From: Nostoc sp. PCC 7120 = FACHB-418
GTDB taxonomy: Bacteria > Cyanobacteriota > Cyanobacteriia > Cyanobacteriales > Nostocaceae
Length of the DNA stretch: 32,000 nucleotides
Direction: 5' to 3'
Assembly: GCF_000009705.1 (NCBI RefSeq)
Contig: NC_003272.1
Span: forward strand, 5,880,001-5,912,000
Shown: piece after piece, positions 9,046 to 17,587 of the stretch
How the letters are laid out: each line of letters opens with the position of its first letter
Numbering within the stretch: position 1 is the stretch's first letter
Notes under the pieces: model-generated
Database searches by the model: none
Told to the model about the DNA's origin: nothing
What the model saw: only the letters and a program-made list of their open reading frames with translations
Program-made: the position numbers and the translations under genes

Positions 9046-11031
9046 CTATTTGTTTTTGCGACGGGAACGTACCTTGAACATACCAACTGTCCCTAAAGCC
9101 ATGATCACAGATGTAGCCGAAGGTTCTGGTACTCGTCTTGTTGTGAAATTATTCTTACCGAAATCAACAACAATCATCACATCATTATAATCTTTGTCCC
9201 CACCGTTAAATAAATCTTCAAAACCCATCATTAAATAATCACCGACTGTCCAAGCCATTATGTGTTGTATGCCATCTGGGTTGAGTGATGAATCGGCACC
9301 ATAGATATGCCCATTAGGGTTATTATATCCATCTCCCTTGAGTAAGAAGTTGAGTTGTGTACCACCTCTGATTGTACCCAGGTCTACAAAGTCACCAATA
9401 TCTAGAACACCATCGGAATTACCTGAGGCGCATTTATTTCGCGTACTTAGACAAGAAACGTCTTCAAAAATCATTCCATTGTTGTACTGATTACCTTTAA
9501 CAGCTTCATAAGCCAATTGGTTTCTGTAGCCAGCACCTTCGTTGAGAAACCAAACTCGCACATTGTGAGTATTTTTTAAAAACAACTGTGAAAAGTCTAG
9601 TTTTTGGGCTTGAATTTGTTCTGCGGGAATTTCTACACCCTCTCGTTGCACCAATGCTTGAAACTGGGGAAGCAAAGACTGGAAATTTTGGTCTTGTGAT
9701 CTATCTTGAATTGTGTTTCTTGTTAATGTACTCCAATCATTAGCTTTTTTAGACGCTTCCTGTGCTTCTTGGGAAATCTTAGCAGCGTTATCAGCTTCTA
9801 ACTTAGCCTGGTCTCTCAAGCCTTGAGCATCTCTAACCATGCTGTCAGCGTTCTCGATGGTTAATCTAGTTTCCTCTCTAACCTGATTTCTGGCTTGTTC
9901 AGCCGTGTTGCGTCTGCTACTCGCGTTATTGAAATTGGTAGTTGCTGTATTAAAGGTATTATTTGCTGTATTGAAGTTATTCGTAGCTGTATTCAACTCA
10001 TTCCCAGTTCTACTAAAGTTGCTGTTAGCTGTGTTGAAATCATTTCTAGCTGTATTTAATCTAGTATTGGCTTGATCAAGTTCAGCTATAGCTGTATTAA
10101 AGTTGTTGGTTGCGGTGTTCAATGCAGTATTGGCTGTACTAAAGTTGTTGGTTGCGGTGTTAAATGCAGTATTGGCTGTACTAAAGTTGTTGTTTGCAGT
10201 GTTAAATGCAGTATTGGCCGTATTAAAGTTGTTGGTTGCGGTGTTCAATGCAGTATTGGCTGTATTTAATCTAGTATTAGCTTGATTTAGAGCGTTAATA
10301 GCATTTTGAATGGCTTTTTGTGAATTTCCTCTTCGAGCTTGAGCTAGATTTCTGGTAGCAGTGTCAACCTCTGCTTGAGCATTATTGCGATTATTGGTTG
10401 CGGTATTTAGTGCGTTTTGAGCATTATTGCGATTATTGGTTGCGGTATTTAGTGCGTTTTGAGCATTATTGCGATTATTGGTTGCGGTATTTAGTGCGTT
10501 TTGAGCATTATTGCGATTATTGGTTGCGGTATTTAGTGCGTTTTGAGCATTATTGCGATTATTGGTTGCGGTATTTAGTGCGTTTTGAGCATTATCGCGA
10601 TTATTAGTTGCAGTATTTAATGCGTTTTGAGCATTATTGCGATTATTGGTTGCAGTATTTAATGCGTTTTGAGCATTATTGCGATTATTGGTTGCAGTAT
10701 TTAATGCTGTTTGAGCTGTTTGGAAACCTGCATCCGCTTGGGTAAAATCTTGTTCGGCTCTATTCAGGCGACTATTCGCGTCACTTTTTGCTCTGTTTGT
10801 GGATCGTATAATACCACTGAGATCATCTTCTGCTTTTTTGAGTGCATCAGCGGCCTCCTGAGCTTTTTTTATAGCCTCAGGAGCCTCTTTAATAGCTACT
10901 TGAATAGGTTTTACATTGGCAGAAGTTGTAGTTTGAGTGGTGGCAGTTGCTGGTTTTATAGAGGCGAGTGTACCAGTTAATGCAGCAGTGGTAATTAATC
11001 CCAAAATGGCTTTTTGAGTTACAAGATTCAT
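9046..11031 (-). CDS. Secreted Asn/Thr/Ala-rich repeat protein with a C-terminal DUF4114-like domain and a PEP-CTERM sorting signal
   Basis: Signal peptide MNLVTQKAILGLITTAALTGTLASIKPATA. Eight copies of NAQNALNTATNNRN, then heptad-type NTA(T/N)NNF repeats. Globular C-domain ending GGDKDYNDVMIVVDF (DUF4114-like). Final VPEPSATSVIMALGTVGMFKVRSRRKNK is PEP + TM helix + basic tail (9049-9132). Confidence 0.85.
   Translation of the reverse strand: MNLVTQKAILGLITTAALTGTLASIKPATATTQTTTSANVKPIQVAIKEAPEAIKKAQEAADALKKAEDDLSGIIRSTNRAKSDANSRLNRAEQDFTQADAGFQTAQTALNTATNNRNNAQNALNTATNNRNNAQNALNTATNNRDNAQNALNTATNNRNNAQNALNTATNNRNNAQNALNTATNNRNNAQNALNTATNNRNNAQNALNTATNNRNNAQAEVDTATRNLAQARRGNSQKAIQNAINALNQANTRLNTANTALNTATNNFNTANTAFNTANNNFSTANTAFNTATNNFSTANTALNTATNNFNTAIAELDQANTRLNTARNDFNTANSNFSRTGNELNTATNNFNTANNTFNTATTNFNNASSRRNTAEQARNQVREETRLTIENADSMVRDAQGLRDQAKLEADNAAKISQEAQEASKKANDWSTLTRNTIQDRSQDQNFQSLLPQFQALVQREGVEIPAEQIQAQKLDFSQLFLKNTHNVRVWFLNEGAGYRNQLAYEAVKGNQYNNGMIFEDVSCLSTRNKCASGNSDGVLDIGDFVDLGTIRGGTQLNFLLKGDGYNNPNGHIYGADSSLNPDGIQHIMAWTVGDYLMMGFEDLFNGGDKDYNDVMIVVDFGKNNFTTRRVPEPSATSVIMALGTVGMFKVRSRRKNK
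10091..10258 (-). repeat. Four tandem 42-bp units, each made of two related 21-bp halves, flanked by a 28-bp direct repeat (10049-10076 and 10259-10286)
   Basis: Units at 10091-10132, 10133-10174, 10175-10216 and 10217-10258 differ at a few positions. The flank gctgtatttaatctagtatt(g/a)gcttgat occurs on both sides. All units are in frame in the PEP-CTERM gene. Confidence 0.85.
10381..10716 (-). repeat. Eight tandem 42-bp units. The first five (10381-10590) are 100 percent identical.
   Basis: Unit attattgcgattattggttgcggtatttagtgcgttttgagc, counted by hand. Units 6-8 carry 2-5 substitutions. Each unit encodes NAQNALNTATNNRN on the minus strand. Confidence 0.95.
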
Positions 11032-11630
11032 GATTGATCAGCCTAAAATACAGATATTTTTGTTAAGTGAACAAATAATTAACCTCTGCGTTTAGAAGTA
11101 TTATTCAGTTCAAAAATGTTTCGCTTAATCAATTTGTAACTCAACTTCTGTCTGAGTAACTAGGTTTTACAGGTATTTTCTTTCACTCTTTAAGAATCCA
11201 GTATTGGATTGGCAAAATATATCTTATTTAAGGGATTATGGTCATTTTTAGGCTTAATAAAAACAAGAAATCAAGTGATAACACACAGCATTAGGCGAGA
11301 TTAATTGAATGATTTATATGTTTCTAAGTATTTATAAGAATAAATTAGGCTAGGTAAAACTTAAGTTATTTAATTGCTGAACGTAATTCTACTATAGGAT
11401 TCATACTCTATTTCTGAAATACACGTAGGGGAGCCACTGCGCCTTTATGGGGCAAGCTATCTCTCAGTTTATTCTTTACCAACTTTTGGTATTTATGTCT
11501 TCAATGAAGATTTTATAGAAATCTCGATATTATCTGTGAGGTTTCATTAAAGAATTTTTGGTGAGGCTTAAGTAGAACGACTTGAAAAAAACAACTATGT
11601 TAAATAATATAAAAACAATAGGATTGAGTT

Positions 11631-11702
11631 AGTGGTAAGGACTTTAGTCTTGTTTTGTTCGCGGAGCGTCTCGCAGAGAGAAATAAAGTTCTTACTACAA
11701 AC
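11631..11702. repeat. Small dispersed palindromic repeat (SDR/MITE-like) with a second short repeat nested in its loop
   Basis: Arms AGTGGTAAGGACTTTAGTC (11631-11649) and ATAAAGTTCTTACTACAAAC (11683-11702) form an imperfect inverted repeat. The terminus GTTTGTAGTAAG(A/G)ACTTTA recurs at 27032. The inner segment gttcgcggagcgtctcgcagagag shares CGCGGAG with the repeats at 28550. Confidence 0.5.
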
Positions 11703-11795
11703 TTTTAATTATCTACGCTGCTCTACTTATATTACATATACGGTGTTTTTGTAAAATATCTATTTCCATCAATAGTTACCATAGAAAGACAATTA

Positions 11796-11843
11796 CTGAA
11801 TACATAGAAGATAATTAATTAACGATTTCTTCTATGTATTCAG
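11796..11843. repeat. Perfect 16-bp inverted repeat (hairpin) about 140 nt downstream of ftsH
   Basis: CTGAATACATAGAAGA (11796-11811) and TCTTCTATGTATTCAG (11828-11843). No clear U-tract on either strand, so a terminator role is uncertain. Confidence 0.6.
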
Positions 11844-11982
11844 CAACTGATTATGATTGATTGAATTAACGTGAGTCTCCAATGGAGGCGCAACTACGAG
11901 AAGGGAGAAAGAAAACAGAAAGTTTTCTTAGGTGGATCGATGAGTGGTTAAAATCACAGCTAACTACTTTTAAAACAACCTC

Positions 11983-13920
11983 TTAGACTAGAAGTGTTTG
12001 CATTAGGGGTTTATCTTCCGATATCTTACCTGTCCGTAACCATTCTTGCAGTTCTTCTGGTGCTTGAGCTTGGCTGAGGCGTTCCCTAAGTGCAGTACCT
12101 TCGAGAATTTCTGTTTGCAAAAGTTCTTGTGCAGTTTCTTCCAACAAGTCACGGTTATTTTGCAGGATACTCAAGGCGATGTGGTGAGCATTATCCACAA
12201 TCTGTTTCACTTCGCGGTCGATTTCCTCAGCCACTTTTGGGCTGATGGAACGGCGAGGATTACTGTAACCTTCGAGGAATTGTTGTTGAATCTTCTCAAA
12301 AGCTACTGGCCCTAATTTGTCACTCATTCCATATAAAGTGACGTAGCGTTCTGCTAAGTCCGTGGCTTTTTGAATATCATCACTTGCACCAGTGGAGACT
12401 TTACCAAAGACTGTTTCTTCCGCCGAACGTCCACCCAACAGAGTAGCAATTCGACCGCGAATTTCATCTTCAATCATCAAAAAGCGGTCTTCTTCAGGCA
12501 TTTGAATTGTATAACCCAAAGCGCCAACACCGCGAGGAACAACAGAGATTTTCTCAACTCTACCAGCACCGGGCATTAATGCGCCGATAATTGCGTGACC
12601 AACTTCGTGATAGGCGACAGTCTTCTTCTCGGTTTCATTCAAGACACGAGAACGTTTTTCTAAGCCAGCCACTAACCTTTCAATAGCTTCGTTGAAATCA
12701 GCCATCACAACAGCTTGGCGATTTTGCCTTGCGGCTAACAGTGCTGCTTCATTGACGAGGTTAGCTAAATCTGCACCGGCAAAACCAGGAGTTTTGATAG
12801 CGATGTTACCTAAATCGACATCATCAGCTAATTTCACATTTCTGGCGTGGACTTTGAGAATTGCTTCTCGACCAATTTTATCAGGGCGATCAACCACGAC
12901 TTGACGGTCAAAGCGACCAGGACGGCGCAAAGCAGGGTCTAGAACTTCGGGACGGTTGGTAGCGGCGATGATAATTACACCTGTATTAGCATCAAAGCCA
13001 TCCATTTCTGTGAGCAACTGGTTGAGGGTTTGTTCGCGTTCGTCGTTACCACCAACAAAGCCACCAGCACCACCGCGAGATTTACCTAATGCGTCTAACT
13101 CATCGATGAAGACGATGCAGGGAGCCTGTTTTTTGGCTTGCTCAAATAAGTCACGGACACGCGCCGCACCGACACCAACAAACAACTCGATAAATTCTGA
13201 ACCAGAGATACTGAAGAATGGTACACCAGCTTCACCAGCGATCGCCTTCGCTAATAATGTTTTACCAGTCCCCGGAGGGCCGACTAACAAAACACCTTTA
13301 GGAATTTTCGCACCTAAATTTGTGTACTTAGTCGCATTCTTCAAGAAATCAACAATTTCTTCTAATTCCGCCTTGGCTTCATCGACCCCAGCCACATCGA
13401 GAAATTTCACCCCTGTGCTACCTTCTGAGTAAATCCGGGCTTTGCTTTTCCCAACTGTCAATGCAGCCGGGCCAGCACCTTGACGATTAATTAAAAACGC
13501 CCAAATCCCAAAGAAAATTAATGGTGGTGCTACCCAACTTAGTAGGGTTCCAATCCAGGCGTTTTGGTCTGGTGGTGGTGCGGCAAACTCGACATTATTG
13601 TTGCGGAGAATCTTTGGTAAGTCCAAATCAATAGCTACTGGTGTGGTAGCAAATACTTGGTCAACGACTTTACCATCGGGGGTTTGAGTTTTGATCGAGT
13701 ATTGAATGCGATCGCCCCCCACAATCGCCTTGTCTACTTTACCAGCTTGTACTTGAGCGATAAATTCACTATAAGGAACCTGTGGCAAGCGAGGGCCAGA
13801 AAAACTGGGAACAATAAAGTTAAGCAATAACAGCAAAGTTAGCAGAATTAGGAAACTGCCGCCAAATTGCCGTAACCTTGGTGGTTTAATGGAATTTTTT
13901 TTATCAGTTTCAACAGGCAT
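11983..13920 (-). CDS. ftsH: ATP-dependent zinc metalloprotease FtsH
   Basis: Two N-terminal TM helices, Walker A GPPGTGKT, Walker B IVFIDELD, second region of homology, zinc site HEVGHA. Confidence 0.97.
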   Translation of the reverse strand: MPVETDKKNSIKPPRLRQFGGSFLILLTLLLLLNFIVPSFSGPRLPQVPYSEFIAQVQAGKVDKAIVGGDRIQYSIKTQTPDGKVVDQVFATTPVAIDLDLPKILRNNNVEFAAPPPDQNAWIGTLLSWVAPPLIFFGIWAFLINRQGAGPAALTVGKSKARIYSEGSTGVKFLDVAGVDEAKAELEEIVDFLKNATKYTNLGAKIPKGVLLVGPPGTGKTLLAKAIAGEAGVPFFSISGSEFIELFVGVGAARVRDLFEQAKKQAPCIVFIDELDALGKSRGGAGGFVGGNDEREQTLNQLLTEMDGFDANTGVIIIAATNRPEVLDPALRRPGRFDRQVVVDRPDKIGREAILKVHARNVKLADDVDLGNIAIKTPGFAGADLANLVNEAALLAARQNRQAVVMADFNEAIERLVAGLEKRSRVLNETEKKTVAYHEVGHAIIGALMPGAGRVEKISVVPRGVGALGYTIQMPEEDRFLMIEDEIRGRIATLLGGRSAEETVFGKVSTGASDDIQKATDLAERYVTLYGMSDKLGPVAFEKIQQQFLEGYSNPRRSISPKVAEEIDREVKQIVDNAHHIALSILQNNRDLLEETAQELLQTEILEGTALRERLSQAQAPEELQEWLRTGKISEDKPLMQTLLV

Positions 13921-13946
13921 TTTGATGTAACCTCAATTTAAATTAG

Positions 13947-13967
13947 TCATTGGTCAGTTGTCAGTTG
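13947..13967. repeat. STRR-like tandem heptamers (TCATTGG TCAGTTG TCAGTTG) in the ftsH leader
   Basis: Read directly, 27-47 nt upstream of the ftsH start codon. Confidence 0.4.
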
Positions 13968-14100
13968 TCTTTGCTTCCCTGCGTCTTCCCAGTTCCTAAT
14001 ATTGGTAAACTTTTGTGTACTCTTAGGTCTATTGTAAAGATTTGATAGGGTCGCTTAAATTAGTGGATACCCGCCTGAAAATGTGTATTGCCGTACTTAT

Positions 14101-14292
14101 ATGGAAAATCAGCTAAGTTTTATTCTCAAGTTGCTGATAATCTCAGCTTTGATATCAATTTCAATTAAATATGTAGCGCCGATGTGGCCGATTCCGGCAA
14201 CAGTAACCAATGCTCTAATTTTAGTTTTGTCACCGACTATAATTTTGGCGATCGCTCTTTTCTGGCGATTCCAAACACAAAAACAAAGTTAA
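14101..14292 (+). CDS. Small two-TM membrane protein (63 aa from the ATG at 14101; the track begins at the GTG at 14083)
   Basis: Track ORF with two hydrophobic helices (FILKLLIISALISISI and ALILVLSPTIILAIALFW). It fills the gap ahead of the permease gene. No homology that I recognise. Confidence 0.45.
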   Translation: MENQLSFILKLLIISALISISIKYVAPMWPIPATVTNALILVLSPTIILAIALFWRFQTQKQS

Positions 14293-14373
14293 CTAAATAA
14301 TCCAGGCTCAATTGCTAAAATCAGCCTGGGATTGTGTGTAATTTGCATCACATCTACAGCTGGGAGTCAGCCT

Positions 14374-15513
14374 GTGAACCTTGGTCAATGGATCGGCTTA
14401 ATCGCCTTAATTCTTTCTCTATATATATTGTGGCAAATTAAGGAAGTACTTCTACTAATGTTTGCCGCAGTTGTCTTAGCCACTACTTTAAATCGGCTGG
14501 CCAAACGCTTCCAACGTTCTGGGATGAAACGGGGATGGGCGGTGATGCTGGCTGTGGCTATATTCTTCGCTGTTGTCGTCGGTTTTTTCTGGCTGATTGT
14601 CCCACCTTTTGCCGAGCAGTTTAATGAACTTACCTATCGAGTTCCCCAAGGATTTGAGCGCTTCAATGCCTGGATTAACGAACTGAGAACGCGCATCCCA
14701 GCCCAGTTAGTCCCTTACATTCCTGATCTGAATAGTCTGATCCAACAAGCACAACCATTTATTAATAGGGTCTTGGGGAGTTCTTTTGCCATTGTTTCCG
14801 GCTCACTGGAAGTAGTTCTCAAGGTCTTGCTAGTGCTAGTTTTAACAGGAATGTTGCTAGCTGACCCCATCGCTTACCGCAAAGTATTTGTGCGGCTGTT
14901 CCCTTCCTTTTATCGCCGCCGGGTAGATGGAATTTTAGATCAGTGCGAAGTCTCTTTGGAGGGATGGGTAACAGGTGCGGTGATTGCGATGGGTGTAGTC
15001 GGACTGATGAGTGTCGTTGGCTTGTCAATCTTAGGTGTAAAAGCAGCCTTAGCTTTAGGCGTTTTAGCCGGATTTTTGAATCTGATTCCCAATCTAGGCC
15101 CTACCTTAAGTGTTGTCCCAGCAATGGCGATCGCACTTTTAGATAGTCCGTGGAAAGTTGTTGCGGTCTTGATTCTTTACTTCATTATCCAACAAGCTGA
15201 GAGCAACTTTATCACGCCAATAGTCATGGCGCAACAAGTCTCATTACTTCCAGCTGTGACCTTAATTTCCCAGCTATTTTTTGTCACCTTCTTTGGCTTT
15301 TTAGGCTTATTCTTAGCATTACCCCTAACTGTTGTCGCCAAAATCTGGGTGCAAGAAGTCTTAATCAAAGATGTTTTAGATGAATGGGGACATGACCACT
15401 CACAAGAGTCTGAGTTAGTCATGGTTTCTCACTATTCTGAAGGAGATGATCATTGGTCAGATGATAAGCAAGCTAATAAACCTACTGATGACACTGTGTC
15501 TCAGGAAGATTAG
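14374..15513 (+). CDS. AI-2E family transporter (PerM/UPF0118 permease)
   Basis: Multi-TM protein with the family-typical block LNLIPNLGPTLSVVPA...QQAESNFITPIVM. The GTG at 14374 gives the usual N-terminus MNLGQWIGL. The track start at 14332 adds 14 non-hydrophobic residues. Confidence 0.88.
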   Translation: MNLGQWIGLIALILSLYILWQIKEVLLLMFAAVVLATTLNRLAKRFQRSGMKRGWAVMLAVAIFFAVVVGFFWLIVPPFAEQFNELTYRVPQGFERFNAWINELRTRIPAQLVPYIPDLNSLIQQAQPFINRVLGSSFAIVSGSLEVVLKVLLVLVLTGMLLADPIAYRKVFVRLFPSFYRRRVDGILDQCEVSLEGWVTGAVIAMGVVGLMSVVGLSILGVKAALALGVLAGFLNLIPNLGPTLSVVPAMAIALLDSPWKVVAVLILYFIIQQAESNFITPIVMAQQVSLLPAVTLISQLFFVTFFGFLGLFLALPLTVVAKIWVQEVLIKDVLDEWGHDHSQESELVMVSHYSEGDDHWSDDKQANKPTDDTVSQED

Positions 15514-15758
15514 TTAGTTCAGCTAATATGAAGCGATCGCTTATTAGTTTTATGATAGGCGATCGCTTTGTTCTATCTCCTAATCGTCCAAACATTACGG
15601 AACATTAAGTAAGTTAATAACTTTTGCTAAATTTATTTGATTTATAGGTAGAACTTATTAGATATTTAAAGCATAAAGCCACGTTTGCATTCTTAGTGTT
15701 ATGCAGAGTAGTGGGAAATCCTTTTAAGTAAAACCAAAGTCGTAACTCACCGATACCA

Positions 15759-16199
15759 ATGGAAGCTTTGTTTTGTTTATCACCACGCTATCGCCTTGAT
15801 GATGAATCACCTTGGTTAGAGGGAATAGACCCCAGTCGGCATTACTGGGTTATGGTAAATGGAGATAAAAATCTCACCGTAGCTTTGCCTGGGTTAATGG
15901 TTTCTACGATGAGTGAACTGAGACAAGCTATCCGGGAGTTTCGCGCTTTGCAACCAGGGGACAAAATGACTTTGGTGAGAATTGCCAGCGCTTGCACCCT
16001 TCACTGTGTTGGAATTAACTGCTATGCCATAGAAGCTACAATCAACAATGCTCCTGTTTGGCATTTGTTTGATCAAGAGACTTTGGATAGCTTATTGATG
16101 ACAGCGCACCCCGATTGGCAATGTGCGCCATCAGATGTTGAATTGGGAAGAAAAATGCTGCTACGTTCTCTACAAGCCGCAACTGTCACCCAAAGTTAA
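15759..16199 (+). CDS. Hypothetical protein, 146 aa, no recognised domain
   Basis: Track ORF with an ATG start and non-repetitive composition. Its stop is only 15 nt from the stop of the convergent CTDH gene. Confidence 0.55.
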   Translation: MEALFCLSPRYRLDDESPWLEGIDPSRHYWVMVNGDKNLTVALPGLMVSTMSELRQAIREFRALQPGDKMTLVRIASACTLHCVGINCYAIEATINNAPVWHLFDQETLDSLLMTAHPDWQCAPSDVELGRKMLLRSLQAATVTQS

Positions 16200-16214
16200 A
16201 GTAATTAATCAAGA

Positions 16215-16637
16215 CTACTGTTCACGACGCAAAGCCAGTAACTCTTGGGGAGAAGCTAAGAGTTTAATTTGGGTGTGGATGATCTGTTTTTCTTGGTTAA
16301 GAGTAAATAGCCATAAGACATTTACACCACACCAAGAAGTTTGGGCTTTACCAGAAACTTGTACTTGAGTGTGTCCGTCTTCTGAGGTTTCAGCCAGTCC
16401 CTGCTGAGGTTCAGCTTTGATACCTTGCGCTTCTTGTTGTAAGTAGGCAGCGATCGCATCTGGCCCCACAATACCAGATTCAAACGGTGGATACATTACG
16501 CCATCAACAGCAAATAACGCGGCGGTGGCTGCAAATTCTCCAGCGTTGAGGGTAGCAAAATATTGTAAGATCGTTGGCTCTGTGATTCCTGCAATACTTT
16601 TTATCTGGATATTAGGGAGAGACTCAGCAGCTTTCAT
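16215..16637 (-). CDS. CTDH: stand-alone homologue of the orange carotenoid protein C-terminal (NTF2-like) domain
   Basis: Aligns by eye with the OCP C-terminal domain. For example, FAVDGVMYPPFESGIVG matches OCP FTSDGALQPPFQRPIVG, GHTQVQVSGKAQTSWCG matches GFTQIKVTGKVQTPWFG, and IKLLASPQELL matches IDLLASPKELL. Confidence 0.9.
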   Translation of the reverse strand: MKAAESLPNIQIKSIAGITEPTILQYFATLNAGEFAATAALFAVDGVMYPPFESGIVGPDAIAAYLQQEAQGIKAEPQQGLAETSEDGHTQVQVSGKAQTSWCGVNVLWLFTLNQEKQIIHTQIKLLASPQELLALRREQ

Positions 16638-16780
16638 AAAATTTCCCGTATGTAAACTATAAAGTTTCAGGTCGTCAAAACTAATTTCTTGACTACAAAC
16701 CTGAATTTAAATGTAAAAGTAAATATAAAAAAAGCTGCTATCGGGATGTATTACCCATAACAGACACTCTTACTTAAGTA

Positions 16781-16818
16781 AGATTTAGTTCCTAAATAAA
16801 TATCTAGGAACTAAATCT
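16781..16818. terminator. Perfect 14-bp hairpin just downstream of the HCP gene, between HCP and CTDH
   Basis: AGATTTAGTTCCTA (16781-16794) and TAGGAACTAAATCT (16805-16818), 38 nt beyond the HCP stop codon. There is no strong U-tract. Confidence 0.4.
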
Positions 16819-16855
16819 GGTATGACATTGAGGTTGGAAAGATATTGGTAGATGG

Positions 16856-17371
16856 TTAATCAGCTAAGGGGTCAACACCCATATCAGCTACTACTTTGCG
16901 GAGAACAGTGATTTGTTGACCAAAGTCTAATCCCTTCAGTGCTTCTAATACTTGAGAGCCATCACGAGAGATTTTATAGTCTGTTGGTACAGGTACAACG
17001 AAACCTTTAACCATTAATTCTGATAATTCATACCAGAAAGCCAACTTTGTATTATTGCTGAGGATACCGTAAGAGCGAGAAACTTGAGTATTATTTTTTG
17101 CAGCCAAGTCACGCATTACTTGTAACTGTTCTGCATGAGACATCTGTTTGATTTGGTTTAACAAACCTTCAGCCAATTGTAAACGAGCTGCACCTGTAGC
17201 GGCTGGTGTAATAGAACGTCCCATTTCGGTGTAAGCGTACCATAGTACTGCCAACTGGTCGTCTATGCTCAGGGCTTGAAATACAGTAATGGTAGAAGCA
17301 ACAGCATCACCAGTTTGGATACCGAAAGCTTGGGAAAAACGGGTTGAAGCGGAATCAGAAGTGAATGTCAT
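16856..17371 (-). CDS. Helical carotenoid protein (HCP): stand-alone homologue of the OCP N-terminal domain
   Basis: Aligns by eye along the OCP N-terminal domain. DQLAVLWYAYTEMG matches DQLALIWFAYLEMG, KLAFWYELSELMVKGFVVPVP matches KLGFWYRLGELMEQGFVAPIP, and GQQITVLRKVVADMG matches GQQITVLRNAVVDMG. Confidence 0.92.
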   Translation of the reverse strand: MTFTSDSASTRFSQAFGIQTGDAVASTITVFQALSIDDQLAVLWYAYTEMGRSITPAATGAARLQLAEGLLNQIKQMSHAEQLQVMRDLAAKNNTQVSRSYGILSNNTKLAFWYELSELMVKGFVVPVPTDYKISRDGSQVLEALKGLDFGQQITVLRKVVADMGVDPLAD

Positions 17372-17542
17372 GATTGCACCACAGTCGATGGGTTTATATA
17401 CTTTGCGAATCAGTGGGAGGCTTGCATCACTCTGGGTTGCTTGTCCTCTTGCATCTATGTTGCATTATTTCTTAACAATCGGCAAATAAAATTTACAAAT
17501 GGATTGAGTAGAAAATATTGAACCTAAGTCTTGACTAACTTA

Positions 17543-17550
17543 TGTATAAT
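17543..17550 (+). promoter_or_regulatory. Extended -10 element (TGTATAAT), candidate queG promoter
   Basis: tgtataat read at 17543-17550, 38 nt upstream of the ATG at 17588. No well-spaced -35 element. This argues against the track's TTG start at 17531. Confidence 0.3.
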
Positions 17551-17587
17551 GGGAGGGGTGCCATTTTGGCAAAATTTGGTTATACAA

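Noticed and set aside
10072-10607. Plus-strand ORFs 10072..10269, 10103..10285 and 10398..10607, with strikingly repetitive products
   Set aside because: They are the antisense reading of the 42-bp tandem repeats in the PEP-CTERM gene. Periodic DNA keeps any frame open. They have no start context, and the sense strand has a complete signal-peptide-to-sorting-signal architecture.
10381-10716. Possible CRISPR array, given the identical 42-bp direct repeats
   Set aside because: The units are contiguous with no spacers and lie in frame inside a long ORF. There are no cas genes in the window.
9900-10716. Possible target (variable region) of a diversity-generating retroelement, because the repeats are rich in AAY Asn codons
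   Set aside because: There is no reverse transcriptase, no template-repeat copy and no A-specific mismatch pattern in the window. The variation between units is not confined to adenines.
12046-13432. Several plus-strand ORFs (up to 158 aa) antisense to ftsH
   Set aside because: ftsH is unambiguous on the minus strand. The antisense products are Ser/Pro/Thr-rich low-complexity sequences with no start context.
14819-15422. ORFs 14819..15028 (-), 14943..15146 (+) and 15177..15422 (-) inside the AI-2E permease gene
   Set aside because: These are alternative-frame or antisense ORFs within a multi-TM gene whose main frame has the family motifs.
17531-17587. Track start (TTG at 17531) extending queG by 19 codons
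   Set aside because: The extension (MTNLCIMGGVPFWQNLVIQ) contains a TGTATAAT extended -10 element and is not part of the QueG N-terminus I know. The ATG at 17588 fits better. The antisense ORF 17540..17914 was rejected for the same reason as the other antisense ORFs.
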